DNA from: Vicinamibacterales bacterium
GTDB lineage: Bacteria; Acidobacteriota; Vicinamibacteria; Vicinamibacterales; UBA8438
Direction of reading: 5' to 3'
Length of the DNA: 64,000 nt
NCBI GenBank assembly: GCA_965261285.1
Contig: OZ253457.1
Coordinates: 2,857,396 to 2,921,395, forward strand
Numbering within the stretch: the stretch's first letter is position 1; every line of letters begins with the position of its first letter. A model generated the notes under the pieces. It did no database searches and was not told the origin of the DNA. It was given only the letters and a program-made list of their open reading frames with translations. Shown one piece after another: positions 44,575 to 53,388 of this stretch. Made by a program: the position numbers and the translations under genes.

Positions 44575-45294
44575 ATGAAGATGATGCGATTGAGATCGGT
44601 GGCGGCGGCGGCCCTCCTCGTGGCGGGCGTGGCGACGATGGCGGCGGCGCAGGCCCTGCCCATCGACCCGTCCCGCTACGAGGGCGCGATTCAGGCGTTC
44701 GAGGCGGCGGACCGCGAGAACATGCCCCCGCCGGGCGCGATAGTCGTCACCGGCAGCTCCAGCATCGCCCGATGGAACGACGCGATGCCCGCCGCCCTCG
44801 CTCCCCTCTCGGTCATCCCCCGCGGGTTCGGGGGCAGCGCCATGGCCGACGTGCTGCACTTCGTCGACCGCGTCGTCATCGCGTACCAGCCGCGGGCGGT
44901 CGTCATCTACGAGGGCGACAACGACACCGGGCGGTTCATGGTGCCGCCGGCCACGATCGCGTCCGAGCTCGAGCAGATCATCGCCGCGGTCCACGCCGAG
45001 CTGCCCGACACCCGCGTCTACGTCATGTCGGTGAAGCCGAGCCTCGCCCGCGTGGCGGTGTGGGACAAGGCGCAGGAGACCAACGCGCTGTACCGCGAGG
45101 TCGCGGCGGCCGACGAGCGCGTGCACTACATCGACGTCGCCACCCCGTTCCTCCAGGCGGACGGGACGGTGATGGACGACATCTTCATCGACGACGGCCT
45201 GCACCTCAACGAGAAGGGCAACCGTATCTGGGCCTCGACCATCAAGGCGGCCCTGATGGCCAACGAGGCGCAGTTCGAGTCGACCAACGACTGA
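44575..45294 (+). CDS. secreted SGNH/GDSL-type hydrolase
   Basis: RBS gggagg. Signal peptide MKMMRLRSVAAAALLVAGVATMAAAQA. Block I VVTGSSSI, GG block RGFGGS, block V DDGLHLN. Confidence 0.85.
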   Translation: MKMMRLRSVAAAALLVAGVATMAAAQALPIDPSRYEGAIQAFEAADRENMPPPGAIVVTGSSSIARWNDAMPAALAPLSVIPRGFGGSAMADVLHFVDRVVIAYQPRAVVIYEGDNDTGRFMVPPATIASELEQIIAAVHAELPDTRVYVMSVKPSLARVAVWDKAQETNALYREVAAADERVHYIDVATPFLQADGTVMDDIFIDDGLHLNEKGNRIWASTIKAALMANEAQFESTND

Positions 45295-45303
45295 GCTTCT
45301 TTC

Positions 45304-45339
45304 GGGGCGGGGCGCCCGCATCGGATGGGGCCCCGCCAC
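45304..45339 (+). terminator. GC-rich hairpin after the SGNH gene (end of the plus-strand supercluster)
   Basis: ggcgggg (45306-45312) pairs with ccccgcc (45331-45337). There is no clear U-tract. Confidence 0.35.
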
Positions 45340-45577
45340 ACCTCCCCCGCCTCGACGGAACCGCTTGTTCACCACCCGGAGACCCAAGGTCGCGCCCGGC
45401 GGCGAGACACCGCCGCCTTCGCACGGGTGTCGACACGGCCGCCCGCGACACCGCCCGCTCGGACGGCAAGCACATCCGCGAGAACCAGGAACGCATCGGC
45501 AGGAAGTCGCCGGCCGCCGCAGACGCAACCCTTGCTCCAACCCGGCACACGGCAGGGCCGTGCCGTCAGGGTGCGGG

Positions 45578-46744
45578 TTACGGACTCGTCCCCCACAACA
45601 GCTCGGCCAGGAACCCGGCGGGAATCCCCACCGCCAGGAGGGCCATGCTGATCAGCAGGAACCGGGCGTAGATGGGCACCCGGATGGCGCGGTGGGCGAG
45701 CTCGACGGGCACCGTCTCGGCGTTGTCGATGGCCTCGTAGGCGCGGGCGAGGCCGTCGGCGTCGGCCACGTCGAAGTAGTCGCCGCCGAAGGCCCGGATC
45801 ATGTCGATGAGCCCCTGGGTGTTGTTGGCCGGCTGGCGTGCGGCGCCCCGGCCGGCGCGGGCGGGGCGGGCGTCGGCGGCGTTGATGAAGATCATGTAGG
45901 GGACGATGTTCCGCTGCGCGAGCTGCACGAACTCGGCCTCGGGAATCTCGTCGACGTCGGCGTCGGTGACGATGAGCACCGCCCGGTTCGGCGTGGCGCC
46001 GCGCCCGAGGAGGGCGACGTCGCGGTCGAAGTGGCGCACCACCGACTGCAGGGCGCGCACGATGTTGGTGTTGCCCTCGCGCTCGACGATGCGCACCTTG
46101 TCCGGCGGCACGAACATCTTGTCGATGGGGGTCCCCGACTGGGCGGCGAGGATGCGCACGATGGCGTGGGGCGCGTCCATCACCTGGAAGTAGTAGAGCT
46201 CGTCGTCGATGACGAAGTCGTCGACCATGTAGGGGAACGACGAGAAGAGCCACAGCGCGACGCGGTCGTTCTTGGCGCGGCGCATCTCCAGGAACTCGAG
46301 GTGCGCCTCGCGCGCGACCTCGGCCCGCGACCTTCCGGTCCCCGGCAGCTCCCACGACATCGAGAGCGACGTGTCGACGAGATCGACGCGGATGCGCGAC
46401 TCCATCTCGCCCGCGACCTCCTCGGTCGAGGCGAGGTAGGGGTCGGCCATCGCGACGAGCATGATCGCGAGGGCGAGGCCCAGCAGGGCCTTGGGCAGGT
46501 GGTACAGGGCGCGGCCCAGCGCCCCGCGCCGGAAGCGCGGCTCGATGCGATGTCCGGAGTGCTGCCGGTGGTGGATGCGGGCGAGCCCCCACAGGCGCGC
46601 CAAGGTCGCGAGGCCGATCAGGAGCACGACCGCCGACAGCGTATAGGTGAGGCCGATGTCGGTGAACCGGACCTGGGCGAGGTCGGTCCCCAGCAACTCC
46701 TGCGCGCGGATGCGGAGAATGCCCGAGAGCGAGGTCCAGTCCAT
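45578..46744 (-). CDS. membrane-anchored von Willebrand factor A (BatA/BatB-like) protein
   Basis: N-terminal TM segments. MIDAS-like VDTSLSMS. VWA core ...NRAVLIVTDADV... and a C-terminal TM segment. Confidence 0.75.
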   Translation of the reverse strand: MDWTSLSGILRIRAQELLGTDLAQVRFTDIGLTYTLSAVVLLIGLATLARLWGLARIHHRQHSGHRIEPRFRRGALGRALYHLPKALLGLALAIMLVAMADPYLASTEEVAGEMESRIRVDLVDTSLSMSWELPGTGRSRAEVAREAHLEFLEMRRAKNDRVALWLFSSFPYMVDDFVIDDELYYFQVMDAPHAIVRILAAQSGTPIDKMFVPPDKVRIVEREGNTNIVRALQSVVRHFDRDVALLGRGATPNRAVLIVTDADVDEIPEAEFVQLAQRNIVPYMIFINAADARPARAGRGAARQPANNTQGLIDMIRAFGGDYFDVADADGLARAYEAIDNAETVPVELAHRAIRVPIYARFLLISMALLAVGIPAGFLAELLWGTSP

Positions 46745-47076
46745 GGCTTACCGGACTGCCTGGCCGCCGGCGATCCGCCGACCAGGCAATCCGTCCTGCT
46801 CTCGGTGTCCCGCGTCCGGGGTGGCCCCGTCCCGTGTCCAGGCGTCCCGGCCGGGCACGGGACGACACGCATCCCTCCAGTGTCCCGGCACCGAGGTTCG
46901 TGAACCTCTCGAATCGCGGCAAATGCCTGCAAAAGCTGCAGTAATGCCGTTCGGAGTCGTTCGACGAACCAACAGTCTCGGAACACCAGGATCAGGCCGG
47001 AGGCCCGTGGCGAACCCGCCGCCTCGAAACGCGAGCCGAGGGGGAGATCGCCACGCGCCGCCCGATCCCGATGCCG

Positions 47077-48069
47077 CTAGCGGGTCCCCTCGACCGGCTG
47101 CGTGTCGAGCTCGCGGGCCCCGGCCATGATGCCGTGCATGCCGATGTTGCCCTCGTGACAGGCGTACTCGAACAGGGGCTCGTCGGTCCGGCGGAACGGG
47201 ATGGCCGCGGTCCACGGACGCGTGAAGTGGTTCTCGTCGGTGAACGTGAACTCGTACATCAGCGTGTCGGGATCGATCCTGGTGAACCGCTCGACGAGAT
47301 GCGTGTCCCGGCTCGACCCGCGGGCCGCGGTCTCTCCCCGGAAGTTGGTGGTCTCGATCACCAGGGTGGCGCCGTCCCAGTGTCCGCGCGAGTCGCCGAC
47401 CCACTGGCGGATCTCGCCGTGGGGGCTTCCGTCGAGGGGGATGATGCGGGCGTTGTGCACCATCTCGTTCTGGATCACGACGTAGCCGGGGGTCTGCAGG
47501 ATGAGCACGTTGTTGTTGTACGAGGCCGAGGTCATCGGCGGCCCCGCGTTGAAGCCCAGGATGCAGCGGTCCGACAGGCTGCGGTCGGTGTAGTGGTCGG
47601 CGAAGCCGTTGCGCAGGTTCAGCCGGTTGATGGCTCGGGCCTGCCGGCTCTCCTCGCGCCATGGCAGCCGGCCGTCCGGCGGGTCGACGATCAGCGACGT
47701 CCGCTTGTCGGCGGTCAGCTCGACCCCGCGCTCGTACCAGAACTCGTTGTAGGACAGCACCCCGCCTTCCGCCCGCGACTGGTAGCCGGCGTCCGGCGCG
47801 CCGGCCTCGGGGTCGAACAGGTCGCGGTTCTGCCGCGTGCGCTCGGAGGCCTCGAACGCGGCGGCCTCCTCGGCGCTCAGGGTCGCCCTGTCGGCCAGCG
47901 CCGCCGGCCGCTCGAGGGGGGTGATGGTGCGAAACGTGAAGACACCCGAGATGTCCGGATCGCCGTGCGGCGTCCGCTGTATCGAATCGGTTTGCGCCGC
48001 GACCGGCGCGGCGATGAGCGCCACCGTCAAGCCGGCGATGCCGGCCGTCACGCGACTGCGACTGAGCAT
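47077..48069 (-). CDS. secreted protein, paralog family A, copy 2
   Basis: Start at Met46 (MLSRSRVTAGIAGLTVALIAAPVAAQ). Contains RTSLIVDPPDGRLP, YNNNVLILQTPGYVVIQNEMVHNARIIPLDGSPH, GDSRGHWDGATLVIETTNF and FEYACHEGN. Confidence 0.8.
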   Translation of the reverse strand: MLSRSRVTAGIAGLTVALIAAPVAAQTDSIQRTPHGDPDISGVFTFRTITPLERPAALADRATLSAEEAAAFEASERTRQNRDLFDPEAGAPDAGYQSRAEGGVLSYNEFWYERGVELTADKRTSLIVDPPDGRLPWREESRQARAINRLNLRNGFADHYTDRSLSDRCILGFNAGPPMTSASYNNNVLILQTPGYVVIQNEMVHNARIIPLDGSPHGEIRQWVGDSRGHWDGATLVIETTNFRGETAARGSSRDTHLVERFTRIDPDTLMYEFTFTDENHFTRPWTAAIPFRRTDEPLFEYACHEGNIGMHGIMAGARELDTQPVEGTR

Positions 48070-48465
48070 GTCCGTCCCCCGTCTGCTGAACCCGTCCCGG
48101 CGCCCCGCGCGCCCGGGACCGCGGGGCCTGATTGCCCCGCGCGATCCGTGTATCCTACCCTGCAGAGGCTCCCGATTCAACGATGAGGCGCGGATGCGGT
48201 GCATGTCAGATTCGTGAGATGGCGCCCCCCTGGGCTGTCAGGCTCCCGATTCTTGGCGTTCTCGGCTGCGAAACCCCTCGGGAACGCGCCGTCCCGGCCT
48301 CAGCGGTACGGTTGCAGGCCGCGTCTCGTTTTCTTGGACGTGCGCCCGCGCGGAGGCGTGTGCGGGGGATTTCCGCGGCGCCTCGAGCCGAGGCCATGAG
48401 GGCCCGGGGCGCGGAGGCGCGCGCGGGGAACGCGCGCGGGATTTGCTCCCCCGGATGCCACGACA

Positions 48466-48494
48466 GGAACTTTTTTCGCCCGACGGCATCCAAT
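48466..48494 (+). promoter_or_regulatory. candidate ECF (sigma-E-type) autoregulated promoter
   Basis: GGAACTT-N16-TCCAA lies 157 nt upstream of the ECF sigma ATG. The classical sigma-E consensus is GGAACTT-N16-TCAAA. Confidence 0.45.
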
Positions 48495-48650
48495 TATGGG
48501 GAGATATCGTCGGAGAGTCCGCGCTCCGCGGTGGTCGGCCGGTGCCGAACCGTCCACGAGACGCGGCAGCCCCGGGTGACGTGGCTCCGGCGCGTGGCCA
48601 CGTCGCGGCGGGCTGACGGTTCCGATCCAGGAGACTCCAGCACGGGAGGC

Positions 48651-49247
48651 ATGGTGAAACCGGTTCGAGCCATCGACTGGGCGGAGACGACGACCTCCGA
48701 GAGCGAGCTGGCGGAGCGGTGCGCAGCCGGCGATGCACAGGCCTGCCGCGAGCTCGTCCAGGGCCATCAGCGGATGGTGTACCACCTGGCGCTGAACCTG
48801 CTCGGCAATTCCGAGGACGCCCGCGACCTGTCGCAGGACGTGTTCCTCACGGTGTTCCGCTCGATTCACCGGTTCCGCGGCGACTCCGCCCTGCAGACCT
48901 GGATCTACCGCATCGTGGTCAACCAGGCCCGCAACCAGCAGCGCTGGTGGCGCCGCCGCAAGCGGGCCGACCAGGTGTCGCTGGAGGCGGTGTTCGTGGA
49001 CCCGCCGGCGCCGGCGGCGACGACGTCGCCCGAGCGCGCCCTCGACCGGAAGGAGCTGCGCCGGCGGCTGTGGGGCGCCCTCGAGCGCCTGCCGTTCGAG
49101 CAGCGGTCGGCCGTCGTGCTGCGCGAGCTGCACGGCATGCGGTACGCGGAGATCGCCTTCTCGCTCGGCGTCTCGACCGCCGCGGTGAAGTCACGACTGG
49201 CGCGCGCACGTCAGACCCTGCGCGCAGAACTGAGGCACATCCGATGA
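48651..49247 (+). CDS. ECF (sigma-70 family, group 4) RNA polymerase sigma factor
   Basis: RBS gggagg. Region 2 is DLSQDVFLTVFRSIHRFRGDSALQTWIYRIVVNQARN. Region 4 is LRELHGMRYAEIAFSLGVSTAAVKSRLARAR. Confidence 0.9.
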   Translation: MVKPVRAIDWAETTTSESELAERCAAGDAQACRELVQGHQRMVYHLALNLLGNSEDARDLSQDVFLTVFRSIHRFRGDSALQTWIYRIVVNQARNQQRWWRRRKRADQVSLEAVFVDPPAPAATTSPERALDRKELRRRLWGALERLPFEQRSAVVLRELHGMRYAEIAFSLGVSTAAVKSRLARARQTLRAELRHIR

Positions 49248-50152
49248 CTGGTTCGAGATCGCTCCGTTGCCGCACCGCGCGTCAATGGCTGACCGCGTCC
49301 CACGACGGCGAGCTCCCGGTGGCGCGGCAGGTGACGCTGGACGCGCACCTGGACGACTGCGCCGACTGCCGCCGCCTCCGGCACGACCTGACCGCCATCA
49401 GCGACGCCCTGCGCGAGCACGCCACCGAGCACCGCCCCGACGAGCTGGCGTGCGCCGGACTGGCGTCGAGCGTGCTCGAGTCCCTGCCCGCCGGGTCCTG
49501 CCGGCCCCTGCCCCGCCGGCTCGGCGAGGTCGTCGCGGACGGACAGCGCCTGTGCGTGATGGGCGGCGTGATCGCCTCGATGCTCGTGGCGGGCCTGTTC
49601 GCGGCCATGGCCCTGAGCTTCTCGCCCCCCGTCCATCCGCACTCCCTGTCCGGGTTCCTGCAGGGGGCGAACCGACTCGGGTCGAACGCCAACCCGCTGC
49701 GCGGGTTCGAGACCGGCGTCAGCCTGCCCCACGTGTCGGCGGACACCCAGGCCGCGGCCATGCTGATTCGGCCGCTTCCGCCGCTCGTGCTGGAGAACCT
49801 GGCGCTGGCCGCGGTGGTGACCCGCGAGGGGGAGCTCGCGTCGGTCGAGGTGCTCGGCCAGCGGTCGGCCGGCGCCCGGAACGTCGGCGGCAGAAACGCC
49901 GCGCAGGCGACGGAGGACCGCGATGCCGCCGGCGCCGCCGGGCCGGACGCGGAACTCCGGCGGGCGCTGTCGCGCCTCGCGTCGGACGTGCGCTTCGTGC
50001 CTGCCCGCGCCGGAGGCGCCCCGGTGGCCGTCAACGTCGTCTGGCTGCTCGAGCGCACGACGGTGCTGCCCGGCGCCCCTCGGACCCAGAGCCAATCGGG
50101 CGCTCCCGACGCCGGGCATCCGATCCGCCTGCCGGCCAGCCGTACCGCATGA
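49244..50152 (+). CDS. anti-sigma factor (zf-HC2 type), single-pass
   Basis: ATGA overlap with the sigma gene. HLDDCADCRRL zinc-finger motif. TM segment VMGGVIASMLVAGLFAAMAL. Confidence 0.75.
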   Translation: MTGSRSLRCRTARQWLTASHDGELPVARQVTLDAHLDDCADCRRLRHDLTAISDALREHATEHRPDELACAGLASSVLESLPAGSCRPLPRRLGEVVADGQRLCVMGGVIASMLVAGLFAAMALSFSPPVHPHSLSGFLQGANRLGSNANPLRGFETGVSLPHVSADTQAAAMLIRPLPPLVLENLALAAVVTREGELASVEVLGQRSAGARNVGGRNAAQATEDRDAAGAAGPDAELRRALSRLASDVRFVPARAGGAPVAVNVVWLLERTTVLPGAPRTQSQSGAPDAGHPIRLPASRTA

Positions 50153-50320
50153 GGTCCGCGCGGCGCCACAGACCCCACCCCTGCCGCCCGGCGGGCTGCC
50201 GGCCAGCCATCCCGCGTGAGGGTCCGCGCCGCGCCACAGCCCCCAACGCCTCCTCCCGGGCGGCCTGCCGGCAGCCATCCGCGTGAGGTCCGCTTCGCGC
50301 CGCATACCCCAACGGCTCTC
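50120..50320. repeat. 3 x 67-bp tandem echo of the anti-sigma gene 3' end
   Basis: TGA occurs at 50150 (functional), 50217 and 50284. Each is preceded by ctgccggc(c)agcc and followed by ggtccgcg... Confidence 0.9.
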
Positions 50321-50423
50321 CAAGCGGACCCGCCCGGGACGGCTGCCCGACCGAGGGCTCGCGCCCGCGGAGTCTCGGCGTCTCGCGCCCGCGCGACTCG
50401 CGGACCGCGCGTCGCGCTGGACG

Positions 50424-50882
50424 TCAGCGCCGCTGCTCGGTCGGGTCGCGGCCGTCGAGGGGCGCGCCGGTGCCGGACGAGCCCATGAAGAACTTGCTGC
50501 CGTCCTCGAACGTCACGTCGCGGCCGTTGGCGCGGGCGCTGCGGTCCTTGCTCTGGTAGCCGTCGACCACGATCATCGTGCCGGGGAGAATGGAGTCACG
50601 GGTCAGCCCGCGCCGCAGCAGCGTGTTGGGCGTGCCCCCCTCGACCATCCAGACCTGCGTGCCGCCGCCGTCGGTCGTCACCTCCATGTGAATCCACGTG
50701 TGCGGGTTCACCCACTCCACGCGGACCACCGGCCCCCTCAGCACGACGGGACGGTTGGGGTCGAACTCGGCGCCGAAAGCGTGATGGGCCTGCGCCGGCA
50801 CGCCGCCGGTCACCGCCAACACCCCCAGGACGAGAGTGGTGGCCGCTCCGATTCCGAGCCAAATACGGGTCTGCTCGCGCAT
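50424..50882 (-). CDS. DUF6152 family secreted protein
   Basis: AHHAFGAEFDPNRPVVLRGPVVRVEWVNPHTWIHMEV...GGTPNTLLRRGLTRDS...ANGRDVTFEDGSKFFMGSSGTGAP matches my recollection of DUF6152. Confidence 0.7.
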   Translation of the reverse strand: MREQTRIWLGIGAATTLVLGVLAVTGGVPAQAHHAFGAEFDPNRPVVLRGPVVRVEWVNPHTWIHMEVTTDGGGTQVWMVEGGTPNTLLRRGLTRDSILPGTMIVVDGYQSKDRSARANGRDVTFEDGSKFFMGSSGTGAPLDGRDPTEQRR

Positions 50883-51018
50883 CGTCCTTCTCCTGACTGT
50901 CGAATCCGGCCGCCGGGTCCCGCGCTGCCGTTCGCCCGGGAATCGTCGCCGGCGGCGCCCAATCGCCGTCCTGCCGGTCGTGCCGCCAGTCGTCCGCGCC
51001 GTTCGACGGCGCGGGCGG

Positions 51019-52122
51019 CTAGCGAGTGGGATTGGCCACGCCCTCGGGGTCCTCCCCGCGGAACTCCGCCTCGAGCAGGCGGGCGCCCTTCATGATGCCC
51101 TCGAGGGCATAGTTGGCCTCGTGGCAGGCGTACTCGAACACCCTGTTGTCGCTCCGCGGCCAGGCGTACTCGCCGGTGAAGGGCGCCGTCCACACCGTCG
51201 GGTCCTCGACCGTGAAGGTGTAGACGAGGGTGTCGGCGTCCTCCATGCGGAAGCGCTCGGTCACCTTCATGTTGCCGGTCCCCTGGCGGAACGCGGGCCG
51301 GTCGACGAAGTTGGTGGTCTCGACGACGAGGGTGTCGCCCTCCCACCAGCCGATCGAATCGCCCAGCCACTTCCTGATCTCGGGCGGATCGTGCTCGGCG
51401 TTCATCCGCACGATGCGGGCGTCGTGCACCATCTCGATCAGGATGACGATGGTGTCCTCGCCCTGCACGATCCGCTTGTGGTTGTTGTAGAGGGCGGGCA
51501 GCATCGGCGGCCCCGACGTCGAGCCGAAGCTGAGGATGCACCGCTCGGCATAGGGCCGCTGCTCCATGTTGTCGTAGGGGCCGGGAGCGTCGAGGCCCGC
51601 TTCGAGCCAGTACGCGGTCCCGTCGTTCTGAGCGCGCCGCGGGGGACCGGCCTCGAAGGCCGCCCGCATGGCCGCCTGACGCTCCTCGGTCACCGGCGGG
51701 AAGCGGCCGTTCGGGGGGTCGACGAGAATCGACGTCCGCCACTCGCCGTCGATCCGGTAGGCGCCGGTGCCGCGGTCGATCCAGAACGAGTTGTAGCCGC
51801 CGACGTTGCCGGCGGCGCCCCGCGACCCGTCCCCGCCCTCGGGCGGCGCCCCGCGGTTGGGGTCGCTGGGGGCGTTGCGCTCGGCCATCCGCTGCGCTTC
51901 CGCCGCCGCGATGGCCGCCGCCTCCTCGTCGGTCAGCGACATCGTCTCCCCGAACTCGACGGGCCGCTGCATGGGCGTCAGCGTCGACACGTCGTAGGTG
52001 CCCGACAGGTCCGGACGGCCGCTCGGGGTCCGGGGAATGTCGCCGCCCTGCGCCGCCGCCGGCAGGGACGTCAGGCCGACCAGCGCGAGCACGCCGAGAC
52101 CGACTGCGATTCGAGTAACCAT
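51019..52122 (-). CDS. secreted protein, paralog family A, copy 3
   Basis: RBS gggagg with start at Met23 (MVTRIAVGLGVLALVGLTSLPAAAQ). Contains RTSILVDPPNGRFP, YNNHKRIVQGEDTIVILIEMVHDARIVRM, GDSIGWWEGDTLVVETTNF and FEYACHEANY. Confidence 0.8.
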   Translation of the reverse strand: MVTRIAVGLGVLALVGLTSLPAAAQGGDIPRTPSGRPDLSGTYDVSTLTPMQRPVEFGETMSLTDEEAAAIAAAEAQRMAERNAPSDPNRGAPPEGGDGSRGAAGNVGGYNSFWIDRGTGAYRIDGEWRTSILVDPPNGRFPPVTEERQAAMRAAFEAGPPRRAQNDGTAYWLEAGLDAPGPYDNMEQRPYAERCILSFGSTSGPPMLPALYNNHKRIVQGEDTIVILIEMVHDARIVRMNAEHDPPEIRKWLGDSIGWWEGDTLVVETTNFVDRPAFRQGTGNMKVTERFRMEDADTLVYTFTVEDPTVWTAPFTGEYAWPRSDNRVFEYACHEANYALEGIMKGARLLEAEFRGEDPEGVANPTR

Positions 52123-52376
52123 CTTCTCAACCTCCCGATAATCGTCACCGCAGAAGCTACAGGTCCAGAGACTCCCGAACGCGACCACGAGATGGCCCCG
52201 CGGCCTTCGGCGTCGGCCCGATCGATCCTCCGGCCGTCTCCGCCGCTACGTGCATTCACCGTACAGGAACTCACGCCCAGGAGCTCGCGCCGGCGAACTC
52301 TCGGCGCGACCACGGGCCGCCGGCTCGCCCGCCAATCGTCGCCTGCGACTCCGCTTGGCGCCCAACCAACCCTCCA

Positions 52377-52406
52377 GGAGTCCGCGCCGTTCCATACGGC
52401 GCAGAC
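52377..52406. repeat. REP-like hairpin element abutting the stop codon of 52409-53251
   Basis: In ggagtccgcgccgttccatacggcgcagac, the stem gtccgcgccgt/acggcgcagac has one G-U position. Confidence 0.7.
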
Positions 52407-52408
52407 GC

Positions 52409-53251
52409 CTAGCGCGGCAGCGGCTCGCGGCGCCACTCGCCGAACATCAGCTCCTCGACGAACTCCACGCAGCGGAAGTCCATCAGCCGGGCGTTCTCCT
52501 CGATGCGGCGGTAGATCGGCATCTTGATGGTGAACGGCTCGGTCAGCACCGCCGGGTCCTCGATCGTCGCCTCGTAGTCGATGTGGTTCGGCCCCAGCAT
52601 GGTGTAGCGCTCCACCACGCGGAGCTGGTTGCTGTGGTGGCTGCCCGCCCGGTCGAACCAGGTACCGTCGTGGAGCCCGGTCACCTCGACGACCAGCGTG
52701 TCCCCCTCCCAGCTTCCGACCGACCATCCCATCCACGAGTCGATCTGCGAGGGCCCGGGGTCGTCCAGGTAGATGTCGCGCACGGCCCCCGCGAACTGGT
52801 AGGCGATGAAGAAGTCCTCCTCGCTCTGGACGATCTGGAACGGCATGGGGAGGTAGGTGGCGCGCGGGACCCCCGGCAGGTAGCACTTGACCTCGGGGTC
52901 GCGGTCGATCCAGTTGGCGCGGTTCTCCTCCTTGAGGGCGCGCGCCTCCTCGGTGTAGGGAATCCGGCCGCCGCCGACGATGACCCCGAGGCTCCCCGGC
53001 ACCGCGCCGACCGCCCCGAGGCGCAGCGTCGGAATCGCCGGCACCGGGTTCACGGGTCCCGGGCGCATCTGCATCGAGTGCCGGGCCATGTGCGGCTCGA
53101 GGTCGTAGTTGGCCTCGTTCAGCACCTGCCAGATGCCGCTCATGTCGGGAAGGCCGTTCGAGAGCCGCGGTATGCCGTCCTGCGCCTGAACCGGCGCCGC
53201 CGCGCCGAACAGTCCCAGGGCCACCGTCAGTGCAACGGACGTCGTCTTCAT
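52409..53251 (-). CDS. secreted protein distantly related to paralog family A (copy 4, divergent)
   Basis: Signal peptide MKTTSVALTVALGLFGAAAPVQAQ. Shares PDMSGIW, GSWEGDTLVVEVTG and VVERYTM..., but lacks the ACHEGN block. Confidence 0.7.
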   Translation of the reverse strand: MKTTSVALTVALGLFGAAAPVQAQDGIPRLSNGLPDMSGIWQVLNEANYDLEPHMARHSMQMRPGPVNPVPAIPTLRLGAVGAVPGSLGVIVGGGRIPYTEEARALKEENRANWIDRDPEVKCYLPGVPRATYLPMPFQIVQSEEDFFIAYQFAGAVRDIYLDDPGPSQIDSWMGWSVGSWEGDTLVVEVTGLHDGTWFDRAGSHHSNQLRVVERYTMLGPNHIDYEATIEDPAVLTEPFTIKMPIYRRIEENARLMDFRCVEFVEELMFGEWRREPLPR

Positions 53252-53388
53252 CTAGTCACCACTCCAGGAATCGCCGCGGCCCGCCGGGCACGGCGAGAGT
53301 CATGCGGCACGCACTATTCTAACCGGCTCCCGCGGCAACGACACAGCGTCGTCTCGCGCGGTCCGGGACCGATGGGGGGGAATCGACC

